Assembly (NCBI GenBank): GCA_045546075.1
Contig: JAZQCF010000001.1
Span: forward strand, 8,299 to 72,298
Length of the DNA stretch: 64,000 bases
From: Candidatus Enterousia sp.
GTDB taxonomy: Bacteria; Pseudomonadota; Alphaproteobacteria; Rs-D84
Reading direction: 5' to 3'
Position numbers and translations under genes: made by a program. Within the stretch, counting starts at the first letter, position 1. Each line of letters begins with the position of its first letter. Below the pieces are notes generated by a model. The model was given only the letters and a program-made list of their open reading frames with translations. It was not told the origin of the DNA and did not search any database. Of the stretch, positions 1 through 10,048 are shown piece by piece.

Positions 1-1067
1 GCGTGAACCGCGCCATCCACCGGTGCATTTGTGTTCGATATAATCGGCCCACGAAAAGACATTTTGTCGTTATTCGTAACGGGCGCGTTTGGCACCAATG
101 TTTGCGCCAACACATCGCGCAGACTTTTTATAATAAACGCGCGCACGTGATTTGGTTCCAAAAAATGAACATCGGTCTTGGTCGGTGACACATTTACATC
201 AACCGCGGATGGCGGCAAAGTTAAATACAGCGCACACAGCGGAAATTCCCGCGCATGCATAACATCCATATACGCGGCACGCAATGCGCCAACCAAAACC
301 TTGTCTTTGACGGGCCGGCCGTTCACAAACAAAAATTGGTCCACCGATGATGCGCGCCGCAACGTCGGGTTTGAAATATATCCCGTTAATTTCATTCCAC
401 CCGTTGATGATGATTCCGCAGAAACCGCGTGCATCGCCCCACGCACATCTTCACCCATAACGGCAACGATTCGTTCCATCAACGGTTGATTTTTTGGAAA
501 ACGCCATTTGTTATTTAACACAAAACCAACATCCGTTCGCGCCATGGCCAGGCGTTTTACTACATCCAATACCGCCATATTTTCCGCCCGGTCGGTTTTC
601 AAGAACTTTAACCGTGCCGGCGTTTTCGCGAATAAATTTTGGACACGAATACGCGTGCCACTTTGCCAATCGCTTGGCCGAATTTCGCCCGTTTCACAAT
701 CCAGATGCCACCCATTTGAATCTGTGCCATTGCACGTGTCTATGGACATTTGGGACACAGACGCGATTGACGGTAATGCTTCGCCCCGGAAACCCATAAA
801 GTTTATATTCATCAAATCATCATCGGGCAATTTAGATGTCGCGTGCCGTTCGATACATTTTGCCAAATCTTCGCGCGACATTCCCGAACCATTGTCCACA
901 ATGTTTATCAGTGTCCGCCCACCATCAACAACATCTATGATAATTTGGTCCGCCCCGGCATCCAGTGCGTTTTCGATTGTTTCTTTGACAACGCTTGCGC
1001 CATTTTCAACAACTTCGCCTGCGGCGATTTGATTGACCAGGTAATCAGGCAACAAGCGTACCGACAA
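1..1067 (-). CDS. mutL: DNA mismatch repair protein MutL, N-terminal ~355 aa (3' end runs off the left edge)
   Basis: Absent from the ORF track because it is open at the window edge. Translating the minus strand from TTG at 1067 gives MSVRLLPDYLVNQIAAGEVVENGASVVKETIENALDAGA...VDNGSGMSREDL...FRGEALPSIASVS, which are the GHKL ATPase motifs of MutL. The listed + strand ORFs 178-1187 are antisense shadows. Confidence 0.85.
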   Translation of the reverse strand, partial: MSVRLLPDYLVNQIAAGEVVENGASVVKETIENALDAGADQIIIDVVDGGRTLINIVDNGSGMSREDLAKCIERHATSKLPDDDLMNINFMGFRGEALPSIASVSQMSIDTCNGTDSNGWHLDCETGEIRPSDWQSGTRIRVQNLFAKTPARLKFLKTDRAENMAVLDVVKRLAMARTDVGFVLNNKWRFPKNQPLMERIVAVMGEDVRGAMHAVSAESSSTGGMKLTGYISNPTLRRASSVDQFLFVNGRPVKDKVLVGALRAAYMDVMHAREFPLCALYLTLPPSAVDVNVSPTKTDVHFLEPNHVRAFIIKSLRDVLAQTLVPNAPVTNNDKMSFRGPIISNTNAPVDGAVH

Positions 1068-1076
1068 ATTTATTTC

Positions 1077-1547
1077 CTATTCTTTGAATTTAATGTCCAA
1101 TATTTCATATTCGCGTTCACCGGACGGCAACCGAACAACGCACGTATCGCCAACGCATCGACCAATCAACGCACGCCCCACCGGTGAAGTACACGAAATA
1201 ACCTGTTTTCCATCCGATTCTATGTCGGACAAAATACGGCATTGCATACGGTTTCCATCTTCGTCTTCGCACAGCACGCGCGCACCAAACACAACACGGT
1301 CGCCCGACAGATTATCAACATCTATCACCGATGCGTTATTGATAAAGTTTTCAATATATTGAATACGTTTATCAATTTCGCGTTGCCGTTCACGGGCGGC
1401 ACTGTAATCGGCATTTTCCGACAAATCCCCAAGCGAGCGCGCCCATTGCACAACCTTTAATATTTCCGGTCTATCAACTTCTTGCAGTTGTTTTAATTCT
1501 TTAACCAGGGCCTCAAATCCCTGCTTTGAAATCGGTTTCTTATCCAT
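1077..1547 (-). CDS. greA: Transcription elongation factor GreA
   Basis: MDKKPISKQGFEALVKELKQLQEVDRPEI...LGDLSENADYSAARERQ is the typical GreA coiled-coil plus C-terminal domain. The start is set at the internal Met (ATG 1547, 156 aa) rather than the ORF-track start at 1592. The gene ends 9 nt before the mutL start. Confidence 0.9.
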   Translation of the reverse strand: MDKKPISKQGFEALVKELKQLQEVDRPEILKVVQWARSLGDLSENADYSAARERQREIDKRIQYIENFINNASVIDVDNLSGDRVVFGARVLCEDEDGNRMQCRILSDIESDGKQVISCTSPVGRALIGRCVGDTCVVRLPSGEREYEILDIKFKE

Positions 1548-1659
1548 CTTGATTTTTTCCTTATATTTTACGTGGGTATTATAAATATTCATTTTAATTT
1601 TGCAATTAGGAATTAAACAGGCTATAATTTTTTGATTGATATCAATAAATTAATAAAAA

Positions 1660-2718
1660 ATGGCACGAACACGAATTTTATCACGCTTTCTTTTTCGCCG
1701 ATTTTTTGGCGGCGTGGGTCTTGTATTGTTGATTGTGTGCGGCATTATATTTGCGGTTACATTTGTGGAACGGTTGCCCAGTAATCCAACAATTTTTTCC
1801 GCATTAAATGATGCGTGGGTTCGCCTGATTGAATATGTACCACTGTTTTTGCCTTTGGCGGTATTTATGGGAACTTTGGTGGCGTATTATACCCTGACCC
1901 GGTCCAGTGAAGGCATTATTATATCGGCCGCCGGCCTGTCGCCGTATCAAATGGCACGACCGTTTTTGGTTGGCGCATTCTTAATCGGGACGTTTGCGAC
2001 AACCGTTATAAATCCATATGCGGTGGAATTGGGTTCAAAAAATATCACAGATGAAAAATTAAAATTGGTTGATGATGCGGTATGGCTGCGCGAATCATCG
2101 CCCGATGGATATATCACTCTGGTTGCAAAAAATATGAAAAAACACGGCGATAATCTGGTGTTCTTTAACACGACAATATATGTGCAAAATAACGAATTCA
2201 AATTAACCGAACGCATTGATACAGATGAAATAACATTATCTAATTCCGGACTGGCCAGTGATAATGCACGTATACTGGATGCAAATGGAAAAACACACGG
2301 CGGCGCATGGCACGTCCAAACCCGTATAACGCCACAAACCGTCCTGGACAGATATTTACAACCCGATCAAATATCTTTCTGGAAATTACCAGAATTCATT
2401 AACAAAATGTCCAACATAGGCATTTCTGTACGTGGCCATTTGGTTCAGTTTTGGACACTGTTGTTTTTACCGTTAACAATGATTTCAATGGCGACATTGG
2501 GGGTTGCGTTTTCGCAAACCCGCCAACGCCGCAATCACAGTTTTGGGGTAAAATTCGGGCTTGGGATACTTACATGCTTTATATTATATTTTCTGTTAAA
2601 CATATTCAGTGTATTGGGTGCAAATGGAACATTACCAACACTGTTGGCAATTATTGCACCGCCACTTATTATAATATCTGCGGCGGGTGTATTTATTACG
2701 GGATTTGATACAATATAG
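1660..2718 (+). CDS. LptF/LptG (YjgP/YjgQ) family LPS export permease
   Basis: 352 aa with N-terminal TM helices, a central soluble insert and three C-terminal TM helices, which is the YjgP/YjgQ layout. I cannot tell LptF from LptG. Confidence 0.7.
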   Translation: MARTRILSRFLFRRFFGGVGLVLLIVCGIIFAVTFVERLPSNPTIFSALNDAWVRLIEYVPLFLPLAVFMGTLVAYYTLTRSSEGIIISAAGLSPYQMARPFLVGAFLIGTFATTVINPYAVELGSKNITDEKLKLVDDAVWLRESSPDGYITLVAKNMKKHGDNLVFFNTTIYVQNNEFKLTERIDTDEITLSNSGLASDNARILDANGKTHGGAWHVQTRITPQTVLDRYLQPDQISFWKLPEFINKMSNIGISVRGHLVQFWTLLFLPLTMISMATLGVAFSQTRQRRNHSFGVKFGLGILTCFILYFLLNIFSVLGANGTLPTLLAIIAPPLIIISAAGVFITGFDTI

Positions 2719-2735
2719 AAACAAAGGTGAATACT

Positions 2736-2867
2736 ATGCCATTACGAAAGAAACACACCACACGGAATAAAATAATTATATGGACACTGATTATTATATT
2801 GGTCGTTTTAATGATAATATATTTTCCACCGGTCCAACAGGTTACCGAGGTTGTTTTATATCAATAA
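2736..2867 (+). CDS. Possible 43-aa single-pass membrane peptide (MPLRKKHTTRNKIIIWTLIIILVVLMIIYFPPVQQVTEVVLYQ)
   Basis: Not in the track because it is under 60 aa. It has ATG at 2736, a GGTGA Shine-Dalgarno about 7 nt upstream, a basic N-terminus and one hydrophobic helix. There is no homology support. Confidence 0.3.
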   Translation: MPLRKKHTTRNKIIIWTLIIILVVLMIIYFPPVQQVTEVVLYQ

Positions 2868-2884
2868 ATCACTATATATAGATT

Positions 2885-3751
2885 ATGAATTATATTGATG
2901 TATTTTTAGAGGCCATGTCCGCCGAAAAGGGGCGCAGCACAAATACGCTGGTGGCGTACGCAAGTGATTTGAACCACGCAGATGCGGCATTGCCAAACGG
3001 ATTATTGGGCGCAACGCCGGCGGATATTCAATCATATCTTGCCGGTGGTAACGTGCGTCCATCTTCGGTTGCCCGCCGCGCAAGTTGCCTGCGCAGTTTC
3101 TATAAATTTTTAATGTTGGAAAAAATCATTACAACCAACCCAACAACCAATATTGAACTGCCCAAACGAACGAAACCTTTGCCAAAGTTACTGACCACCC
3201 AAGAAATAGAATTATTGATTTCTTCGGCGGGCGACGTGCGCACTTCTATTCGGTTGCGGGCGATGATTGAATTGCTGTACGCATCTGGTCTGCGCGTGTC
3301 CGAACTGTGTGAATTGCCGATGACGGCGAACCTGGGCGACCGATTGTTAATTCACGGCAAAGGTGCCAAAGAACGGATGGTCCCGGTTCACGAATCTGCG
3401 CAAATTGCGTTAAAGAAATGGTTGGAAATGCGTGGCGACACGGATTCAAAATACGTATTTCCGTCAAATTCTGCATCAGGCCATATAACCCGCGATGGAT
3501 TTTTCAAGATATTAAAAAAATGCGCGGTCCTTGCAGGGATTGAACCAAACCGCGTAACACCGCATGTGTTGCGACATTCGTTTGCATCGCACCTGTTGGC
3601 GCATGGGGCAAACCTGCGCGCGATACAAACAATGTTGGGACACGAAGATATTTCAACGACCCAGATTTATACCCACGTGTTACCCGAAAAATTGTCTGCG
3701 GTTGTTACCGAACACCACCCATTGTCCAACACCAAGGTTCATAATAAATGA
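2885..3751 (+). CDS. xerD: Site-specific tyrosine recombinase XerD (XerC not excluded)
   Basis: N-terminal SAM-like domain (RSTNTLVAYASDL) and the C-terminal catalytic signature HVLRHSFASHLLAHGANLRAIQTMLGHEDISTTQIYTHV. Confidence 0.85.
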   Translation: MNYIDVFLEAMSAEKGRSTNTLVAYASDLNHADAALPNGLLGATPADIQSYLAGGNVRPSSVARRASCLRSFYKFLMLEKIITTNPTTNIELPKRTKPLPKLLTTQEIELLISSAGDVRTSIRLRAMIELLYASGLRVSELCELPMTANLGDRLLIHGKGAKERMVPVHESAQIALKKWLEMRGDTDSKYVFPSNSASGHITRDGFFKILKKCAVLAGIEPNRVTPHVLRHSFASHLLAHGANLRAIQTMLGHEDISTTQIYTHVLPEKLSAVVTEHHPLSNTKVHNK

Positions 3752-4245
3752 TAAAAAAATGTGATTTTCCCGGATGTCAAAAGGCGGGCACGTGCCGCGC
3801 CCCAAAAACACGTGACCTGCGTGAATATTGGAATTTTTGCCAAGAACACGCCGCCGAATATAACAAGAATTGGAATTTCTATGCGGATATGAGTCCCGAA
3901 GAAATCGAAGAAGATTGGGAACGCCAAACATTTGGCGAACCAATAAAAAAACGCTCGTCCCAGGATTCCGCCGATTACATAAAATTCTTGAACGATTTTA
4001 TAACGGGGCGCAGCACATTTGATAAAATGCCGCCTAAAAAATCTGTCCCGGCCGACATAACCATCGCATTCAAAACGTTGGGGCTGCCCATTACGGCATC
4101 GTGGCGCGAAGTTGGTGTAAAATACCGCGCATTGGCGAAAAAGCATCACCCGGACACCGCGCGGGATAAATCCGCCGGCAACGAATTTGCCCGAATTTCA
4201 TCGGCGTACCAGACACTAAAAAAATATTTCGGCAAACAAGAATAA
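3748..4245 (+). CDS. J-domain protein with an N-terminal Cys-rich module
   Basis: C-terminal J domain (YRALAKKHHPD...ISSAYQTLKKYF) and an N-terminal CDFPGC...C...FCQEH module. ATGA overlap with the xerD stop. Confidence 0.75.
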   Translation: MIKKCDFPGCQKAGTCRAPKTRDLREYWNFCQEHAAEYNKNWNFYADMSPEEIEEDWERQTFGEPIKKRSSQDSADYIKFLNDFITGRSTFDKMPPKKSVPADITIAFKTLGLPITASWREVGVKYRALAKKHHPDTARDKSAGNEFARISSAYQTLKKYFGKQE

Positions 4246-4309
4246 CAACCAATTTTTTATGGCGCGCCACGCGTGCTTGTGATATGTTAAGACACACAAA
4301 GGAAAATAA

Positions 4310-5218
4310 ATGATGTATGATGTTATTATATTGGGCTCGGGCCCGGCGGGATTAACGGCGGCAATTTATTGCGGTCGCGCGAATAAAAACACCCTGGTTA
4401 TGGGTGGTGACACATTGGGTGGTCAAACGGCGGGAATCGCCACACTGGAAAATTATCCGGGCTGGCGCGGTTCGGGTTTGGAACTGATTGAATTTATGCG
4501 GTCCCAGGCGGAATCGTTCGGTGCCAAGATAGTGATGAAAACGGCGGCACATATCGAAAACGCCGAAAATAACACATTTGTTGTTACCGACGCGCACGGC
4601 GACAAATATGAAACACGCAGTATTATTTTGGCAACGGGCGCATCCCCACGAAAATTGGAAATTGCGGGCGCACGTGAATTTTTTGGACGGGGCGTTTCAT
4701 ACTGCGCAACGTGCGACGGATTTTTCTTTACCGACAAAACCGTATTGGTCATCGGTGGCGGAAATTCTGCATTGAACGATGCGTTATATTTGGCGGACAT
4801 TGCGAAAACGGTAAAAATCATTTATCGCAAATCGTCTTTTACCCGCGCCGAAGGAATCCTGCGCGACCGTGTTGCGGCCAAAGAAAATATTGAATGTGTA
4901 TTTAACACCGAATTAAAATCTATTGCCGCGCGACCGAATTCAACGGATGGCGAATTGATTGCAACAACAACAAATGACGAACAAATTATATGTGATGGAA
5001 TCTTTGTCGCCATTGGGCACGAGGCAAACACAGATTATTTAACCGAAGACATTAAACGCGATGATATGGGGCGCATCGCACCCGAAAATTTACCGGCGGG
5101 AATGTTCATCGCGGGCGATGTTCATTCAAATATTAAAATGCAAATCGCAACGGCGGTCGGCACGGGTTGCACCGCGGCAATGGATGCAATCGCATACCTG
5201 AATAAAAACGCACAATAA
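4310..5218 (+). CDS. trxB: Thioredoxin-disulfide reductase
   Basis: GSGPAG FAD motif, redox-active CATCDG, and GGGNSA NADPH motif. Confidence 0.9.
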   Translation: MMYDVIILGSGPAGLTAAIYCGRANKNTLVMGGDTLGGQTAGIATLENYPGWRGSGLELIEFMRSQAESFGAKIVMKTAAHIENAENNTFVVTDAHGDKYETRSIILATGASPRKLEIAGAREFFGRGVSYCATCDGFFFTDKTVLVIGGGNSALNDALYLADIAKTVKIIYRKSSFTRAEGILRDRVAAKENIECVFNTELKSIAARPNSTDGELIATTTNDEQIICDGIFVAIGHEANTDYLTEDIKRDDMGRIAPENLPAGMFIAGDVHSNIKMQIATAVGTGCTAAMDAIAYLNKNAQ

Positions 5219-5235
5219 AACATAAGGACGCAAAA

Positions 5236-6513
5236 ATGTTGGATATAAAATTTATTCGTGAAAATCCAGACATTGTAAAAAATGCCTGTCGGGTTAAGAA
5301 TTTTCCAGATGTGGTGGATGATATATTGTCTTTGGACGTACGTGTCCGTGAATTAAAGACAATCACCCAAACCAAGACCGCAGAAAAAAATAAAATTTCA
5401 CGTGAAATTCCAACGGCAACCGATAAAACGTCACTTGTTGCGAAATCAAAAGAAATAAGTCAAGAGATTGCAAACGATATGGCCGAATTGGCGGATAAAG
5501 AGGCCATCCTTACCGACCTGTTGCACCGCGTTCCACAAATTCCATCCGCGGATGCGCCGATTGGTCCCGATGATTCCGCAAACGTGGAAATCCGCCGTAT
5601 TGGCACACCACGCAAATTTGATTTTACCCCGCGGCCGCAATGGGATTTACTGGATATGAACGGTTGGTGGATGCCGGAAAAAATCGCAAATATTTGTGGC
5701 ACACGCACGTACGCATTGGCGGGTGAATTGGCGGAATTATCTTTGGCGGTGCAAACATATGTAATTCAAAAACTTATCGGCAAGGGTTTCACATATATCG
5801 AATGTCCGTCTATTTCAAAACCGCAAACCATATTTAACGCCGGGCATTTTATGGGGGCCGATTTATCGGTGATGAATGACGATGTGTTTATGTTGACGGG
5901 CACAGACCGTTGTTTAACGGGCACGGCGGAAATTGTTTTGAATTCACTGCATGCGGATGAAATTTTAACCGAAAAAGATTTACCGATTAAATACGCCGGT
6001 TTTTCACCATGCTTTCGCAAAGAGGCCGGCGCCGCCGGTCGCGACACCCGCGGAATTGTTCGCGTACATCAATTTAACAAGGTTGAACAATATGTATTTT
6101 GCACCCCGGAACAAAGCGATGAAATGCACGAACATTTGTTAAACAACCTGTGTGAAATAATGGCGGATTTTGAATTACCATATCGCGTAATTGCAAACTG
6201 CACCGGGGATATGGGTTTTAACAAGGTTAAAATGAACGATGTCGAAGCATGGTTCCCATCGGAAAACGCATACCGCGAATTGGGTTCTTGTTCATCGATT
6301 GGCCAATTCCAGGCACGTCGCACGAACACACGTTTTCGCCGTGGCGATGGAACGCTGGACTTTGTTGCAACATTGAATAATACGGGAATCGCCCTGCCCC
6401 GTGCATTGGTGCCGATTATTGAAAACCATCAAAACCCAGATGGCAGTGTGAACATACCGAAAAAATTGCAACCGTTAATGGGTGGCCGAACAAAAATCGG
6501 TGGCAAACATTAA
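5236..6513 (+). CDS. serS: Seryl-tRNA synthetase
   Basis: MLDIKFIRENPD start, N-terminal coiled-coil arm, and class II motifs (FRKEAGAAGRDTRGIVRVHQFNKVE; NNTGIALPRALVPIIENHQ). Confidence 0.95.
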   Translation: MLDIKFIRENPDIVKNACRVKNFPDVVDDILSLDVRVRELKTITQTKTAEKNKISREIPTATDKTSLVAKSKEISQEIANDMAELADKEAILTDLLHRVPQIPSADAPIGPDDSANVEIRRIGTPRKFDFTPRPQWDLLDMNGWWMPEKIANICGTRTYALAGELAELSLAVQTYVIQKLIGKGFTYIECPSISKPQTIFNAGHFMGADLSVMNDDVFMLTGTDRCLTGTAEIVLNSLHADEILTEKDLPIKYAGFSPCFRKEAGAAGRDTRGIVRVHQFNKVEQYVFCTPEQSDEMHEHLLNNLCEIMADFELPYRVIANCTGDMGFNKVKMNDVEAWFPSENAYRELGSCSSIGQFQARRTNTRFRRGDGTLDFVATLNNTGIALPRALVPIIENHQNPDGSVNIPKKLQPLMGGRTKIGGKH

Positions 6514-6521
6514 ACACAAAC

Positions 6522-6547
6522 ACCGCCCATTTGGGCGGTATTTTTTT
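6522..6547. terminator. Rho-independent terminator between convergent serS and the 199-aa ORF
   Basis: ACCGCCCA-TT-TGGGCGGT palindrome followed by ATTTTTTT. Confidence 0.7.
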
Positions 6548-6560
6548 ACAATTACAATTT

Positions 6561-7160
6561 TTAATGTGCGCGTGCAGAACGAAAAATGGCCGCCATACGC
6601 ATAAAGAAATTTTGTTTTTTACTATTATAAAATATATTATTCGCTATACGCACGATTTCCTGGGCTTGCGTCATTGATGCCGCCAATTCTTGTTTATTCC
6701 CCGACGTGCGGTTATATTCCCAATTCATAACCAATTTACAAAAATCGAGATATTCACATGACAACTTATTGTTAAATATCGCATTGGTTGTATTTATATG
6801 CACCACATCTGCGGGACTCCACACAAAATTATGTGCATCGTATTCATCACCAATTGGTAAATTATGTTTTTTGGCATATTCCATCGCACGCGCATCCCAA
6901 TCTGCAATTGTCGATTCACGTGAAAAATATTTTTCCGGGTTTTCTGCGACCGCATTCATATATGCCAATGACTTCACCACGGTATCACAGCCCGCAGCAT
7001 CCAATTTCTGTTTTCCAGTATCTTTCATTGCGGTGTCAACAAACCACGCCAATACTGCGCGTATGACGGCATACATTTCAACCGTAGAATTTGGCTTTTC
7101 CGCCAAGACGCGGTTTAATTTTCCTTTTATTCTTAATTCTTGCAATTTATTCATTTGCAA
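6561..7160 (-). CDS. Hypothetical protein, 199 aa
   Basis: Clean ORF filling the serS-typA gap. I recognise no motif and see no signal peptide. Confidence 0.5.
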   Translation of the reverse strand: MQMNKLQELRIKGKLNRVLAEKPNSTVEMYAVIRAVLAWFVDTAMKDTGKQKLDAAGCDTVVKSLAYMNAVAENPEKYFSRESTIADWDARAMEYAKKHNLPIGDEYDAHNFVWSPADVVHINTTNAIFNNKLSCEYLDFCKLVMNWEYNRTSGNKQELAASMTQAQEIVRIANNIFYNSKKQNFFMRMAAIFRSARAH

Positions 7161-7292
7161 CCTCTTTTTTTAACCCATTTATACCAAACCCGCGCAAAAT
7201 GTCAATTTTTTGTAAAAAATCCGCTATAATTTGTTGAAAACGTAAAAATATAGTATAATCTATACCCTTGGGTCAAAAAAAGGGTTATGTAT

Positions 7293-9128
7293 ATGAAAAT
7301 AAGAAACATTGCGATTATCGCGCACGTTGACCACGGGAAAACAACCTTGGTTGACAATATGTTGAAACAGGCGGGAACATTCCGCGAAAACGAACGCGTT
7401 GATGACCGTGTTATGGACAGTGGCGACATCGAACGCGAACGTGGCATTACCATTTCGGCAAAGCCGACATCTATTACATGGCGCGATTATAAAATCAATA
7501 TTGTGGACACCCCGGGACACGCAGATTTTGGCGGCGAAGTGGAACGCATTTTGTCCATGGTTGATGGGGTCGTCCTGTTGGTGGACAGTGCCGAAGGGCC
7601 CCTGCCCCAGACAAAGTTTGTATTATCCAAGGCATTAAAATTGGGATTGCGCCCGATTGTTTGCATAAACAAAATTGACCGTGCCGATGCCCGCCCAGAC
7701 GAAGTTTTAAGCGAAACATTTGACCTGTTTGATAAATTGGGCGCGGACGATGCGCAACTGGATTTCCCGTACCTGTATGCGTGTGGGCGCGATGGTTGGG
7801 CGGTGCGCGAATTGACCGATGAACGCCGCGATTTGACACCCCTGTTCCAACTGATTGTGGACCATGTGCCGGCACCGGATTGTAATGGTACGCGTTGCCA
7901 ATTGGATGCGCCGTTCACTATGTTGGCGACAACCCTGGAATCAGACCCATATGTCGGCCGCATTTTAACTGGAAAAATCGAATCTGGAACCGTGCGCGTC
8001 GGGCAAAGCGTCAAGGCGATAAATATGAACGGCGAATTTATCGAAAACGCCAAGATTACAAAAATTATTGAACACCGCGGAATTGAAAAGGTTTCACTTG
8101 ATTCCGCATCGGCGGGCGATATTGTCGTTGTTGCCGGCTTTTCCAAGGCGACCGTGGCGGATACACTGTGCGCGCCAGAGGTTACCGAACCCATTCCGGC
8201 AATGCCGATTGACCCCCCAACCCTTACCATGACATTCTTTGTGAACACATCGCCATTGGCGGGACAAAGCGGCAAAAAATTGACATCGCGTATGATTGGC
8301 GACCGCCTGTTCAAAGAGGCCGAAACCAACATCGCCCTGCGTGTCACACAAAGCGAAAACAAAGAATCTTTTGAAGTTTCCGGCCGCGGCGAGTTACAGT
8401 TGGGAATTTTAATTGAAACTATGCGCCGCGAAGGATTTGAATTATCTGTATCCCGTCCGCGCGTTGTTATGCAAACGGGTCCAAACGGCGAAACACTGGA
8501 ACCAATCGAAGAAGTTGTTGTCGATGTTGACGATGAATTCAGTGGCGTTGTTATTGAAAAAATGACCAAGCGCAAGGCAACAATTACCGAAATGAAGGCA
8601 TCTGGTGGTGGTAAAACCCGCATAGTGTTTTCGGCACCATCACGCGGTTTGATTGGATACCTGTCGGAATTCCGTACCGACACACGTGGCACCGGAATTA
8701 TGAATCGCGTGTTTGATAAATACGACACATATCGCGGTCCAATTTCCCAATATCGTCCGGGTGTTTTGGTTTCTATGGAGAAAGGCACCACCGCAACATA
8801 TGCGTTACACAACCTGGAACCGCGTGGCGTATTGTTTGTCGGCCCGGGAACTGATGTTTATTCGGGAATGATTATTGGCGAACACAGCAAAGAAAATGAT
8901 TTAGAGGTCAACCCGATTAAAGGCAAAGAATTGACCAATGTGCGCAGTGTAACCGCCGATGAAAAATTATTCCTGGCCCCACCGCGCAAAATGTCTTTGG
9001 AAGAAGCATTGTCTTATATCCAAGACGACGAATTGGTAGAGGTCACACCGGCGACAATTCGTCTGCGCAAAAAAGAATTGGACAGTGGCAAACGTAAAAA
9101 ACTTGCCCGCGGCAAAGAAGAAATATAA
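7293..9128 (+). CDS. typA: Translational GTPase TypA/BipA
   Basis: IRNIAIIAHVDHGKTTL, DTPGHADFGGEVER and NKIDR G-motifs, with EF-G-like domains. The start is moved to the third codon of the ORF, which gives better AGGG spacing. Confidence 0.95.
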   Translation: MKIRNIAIIAHVDHGKTTLVDNMLKQAGTFRENERVDDRVMDSGDIERERGITISAKPTSITWRDYKINIVDTPGHADFGGEVERILSMVDGVVLLVDSAEGPLPQTKFVLSKALKLGLRPIVCINKIDRADARPDEVLSETFDLFDKLGADDAQLDFPYLYACGRDGWAVRELTDERRDLTPLFQLIVDHVPAPDCNGTRCQLDAPFTMLATTLESDPYVGRILTGKIESGTVRVGQSVKAINMNGEFIENAKITKIIEHRGIEKVSLDSASAGDIVVVAGFSKATVADTLCAPEVTEPIPAMPIDPPTLTMTFFVNTSPLAGQSGKKLTSRMIGDRLFKEAETNIALRVTQSENKESFEVSGRGELQLGILIETMRREGFELSVSRPRVVMQTGPNGETLEPIEEVVVDVDDEFSGVVIEKMTKRKATITEMKASGGGKTRIVFSAPSRGLIGYLSEFRTDTRGTGIMNRVFDKYDTYRGPISQYRPGVLVSMEKGTTATYALHNLEPRGVLFVGPGTDVYSGMIIGEHSKENDLEVNPIKGKELTNVRSVTADEKLFLAPPRKMSLEEALSYIQDDELVEVTPATIRLRKKELDSGKRKKLARGKEEI

Positions 9129-9133
9129 AAACC

Positions 9134-9158
9134 ACACCGGCATTTTGCCGGTGTTTTT
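9134..9158 (+). terminator. Rho-independent terminator of typA
   Basis: ACACCGGC-ATTTT-GCCGGTGT followed by TTTTT. Confidence 0.75.
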
Positions 9159-9199
9159 ACAATGTTGAAAAAATCAAAAAAATTTGATTTAATATAAAT

Positions 9200-10048
9200 A
9201 TGAAAACAAAACGATTATTCCTTTTTGCAGGATATGATGCAAACGGTATCATTGATGACGCGATTATATACTATGCCGAACAACTAAATAAATTTGGCGA
9301 TATTATTTTATGTATGGATTGCGATGCAAAAAAAATAGAAACCGATAAAATAAAAAATTACTGCCTGGCCGTGATTGCCAAACGCCACGGCGAATATGAT
9401 TTTGGTTCATATAAACGCGCATACACTTTTGCACGCGATAACGACATATTAAAAAATTATGATGAAATTTATTTGGTAAATGATTCTGTCTTTGGTCCAA
9501 CAACAGATATAAAAAAAATGTTTAATCAAATGGAATCCACCAAATATGATGCAACGGGGCTTATAATATCAAAGCATCGAACACATTCATATATGGAATC
9601 TTGGTTTGTGCGGTTAAATAAAAAAATTGCCACATCAAAATGGTTTAATGATTTTATAACATCTGTCGCCGTGCAACCAACCAAGAATCGCGTTACCGTT
9701 AAATATGAACACGGTTTAAGCAATATAATTAAACAGAATAACTGTTCGTGGAATGGGATGCACATAATATGGGGGCGCACCACATACAATTATCCAAAAT
9801 ATTTATTCAATCGCGGTTGCCCGTTTATTAAGCGCGCGTGCTTTACACGGCACAACGGTGCGGCGGGCAGACAAATTAAATATATATTAAAACATTCCAA
9901 CAAACGTGCAGTGAACGCGATATTAAAAACCGCGAATCGTATATATGGAACGAAATATATGAAATGGTTGATAACATCAAATCCTTTCAAGATAATTATG
10001 CGCAAATTAAAATATGCACGACACAAAATTATTGGTGATAAAAAATGA
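9200..10048 (+). CDS. RgpF-like (rhamnan synthesis protein F family) polysaccharide biosynthesis protein
   Basis: LFLFAGYDANGIIDD...YLVNDSVFGP...YMESWFVRLNKK matches my recollection of the RgpF family core. The gene is AT-rich. Confidence 0.65.
   Translation: MKTKRLFLFAGYDANGIIDDAIIYYAEQLNKFGDIILCMDCDAKKIETDKIKNYCLAVIAKRHGEYDFGSYKRAYTFARDNDILKNYDEIYLVNDSVFGPTTDIKKMFNQMESTKYDATGLIISKHRTHSYMESWFVRLNKKIATSKWFNDFITSVAVQPTKNRVTVKYEHGLSNIIKQNNCSWNGMHIIWGRTTYNYPKYLFNRGCPFIKRACFTRHNGAAGRQIKYILKHSNKRAVNAILKTANRIYGTKYMKWLITSNPFKIIMRKLKYARHKIIGDKK

Noticed and set aside
178-1187. Several 90-174 aa plus-strand ORFs at the left edge
   Set aside because: The minus strand here translates into an unmistakable MutL N-terminal domain, so the plus-strand ORFs are antisense artefacts.
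7487-8812. 441-aa ORF on the minus strand
   Set aside because: It lies entirely antisense to typA, whose identity is unambiguous. The product is low-complexity and Ser/Pro/Arg-rich, as is typical of shadow frames.
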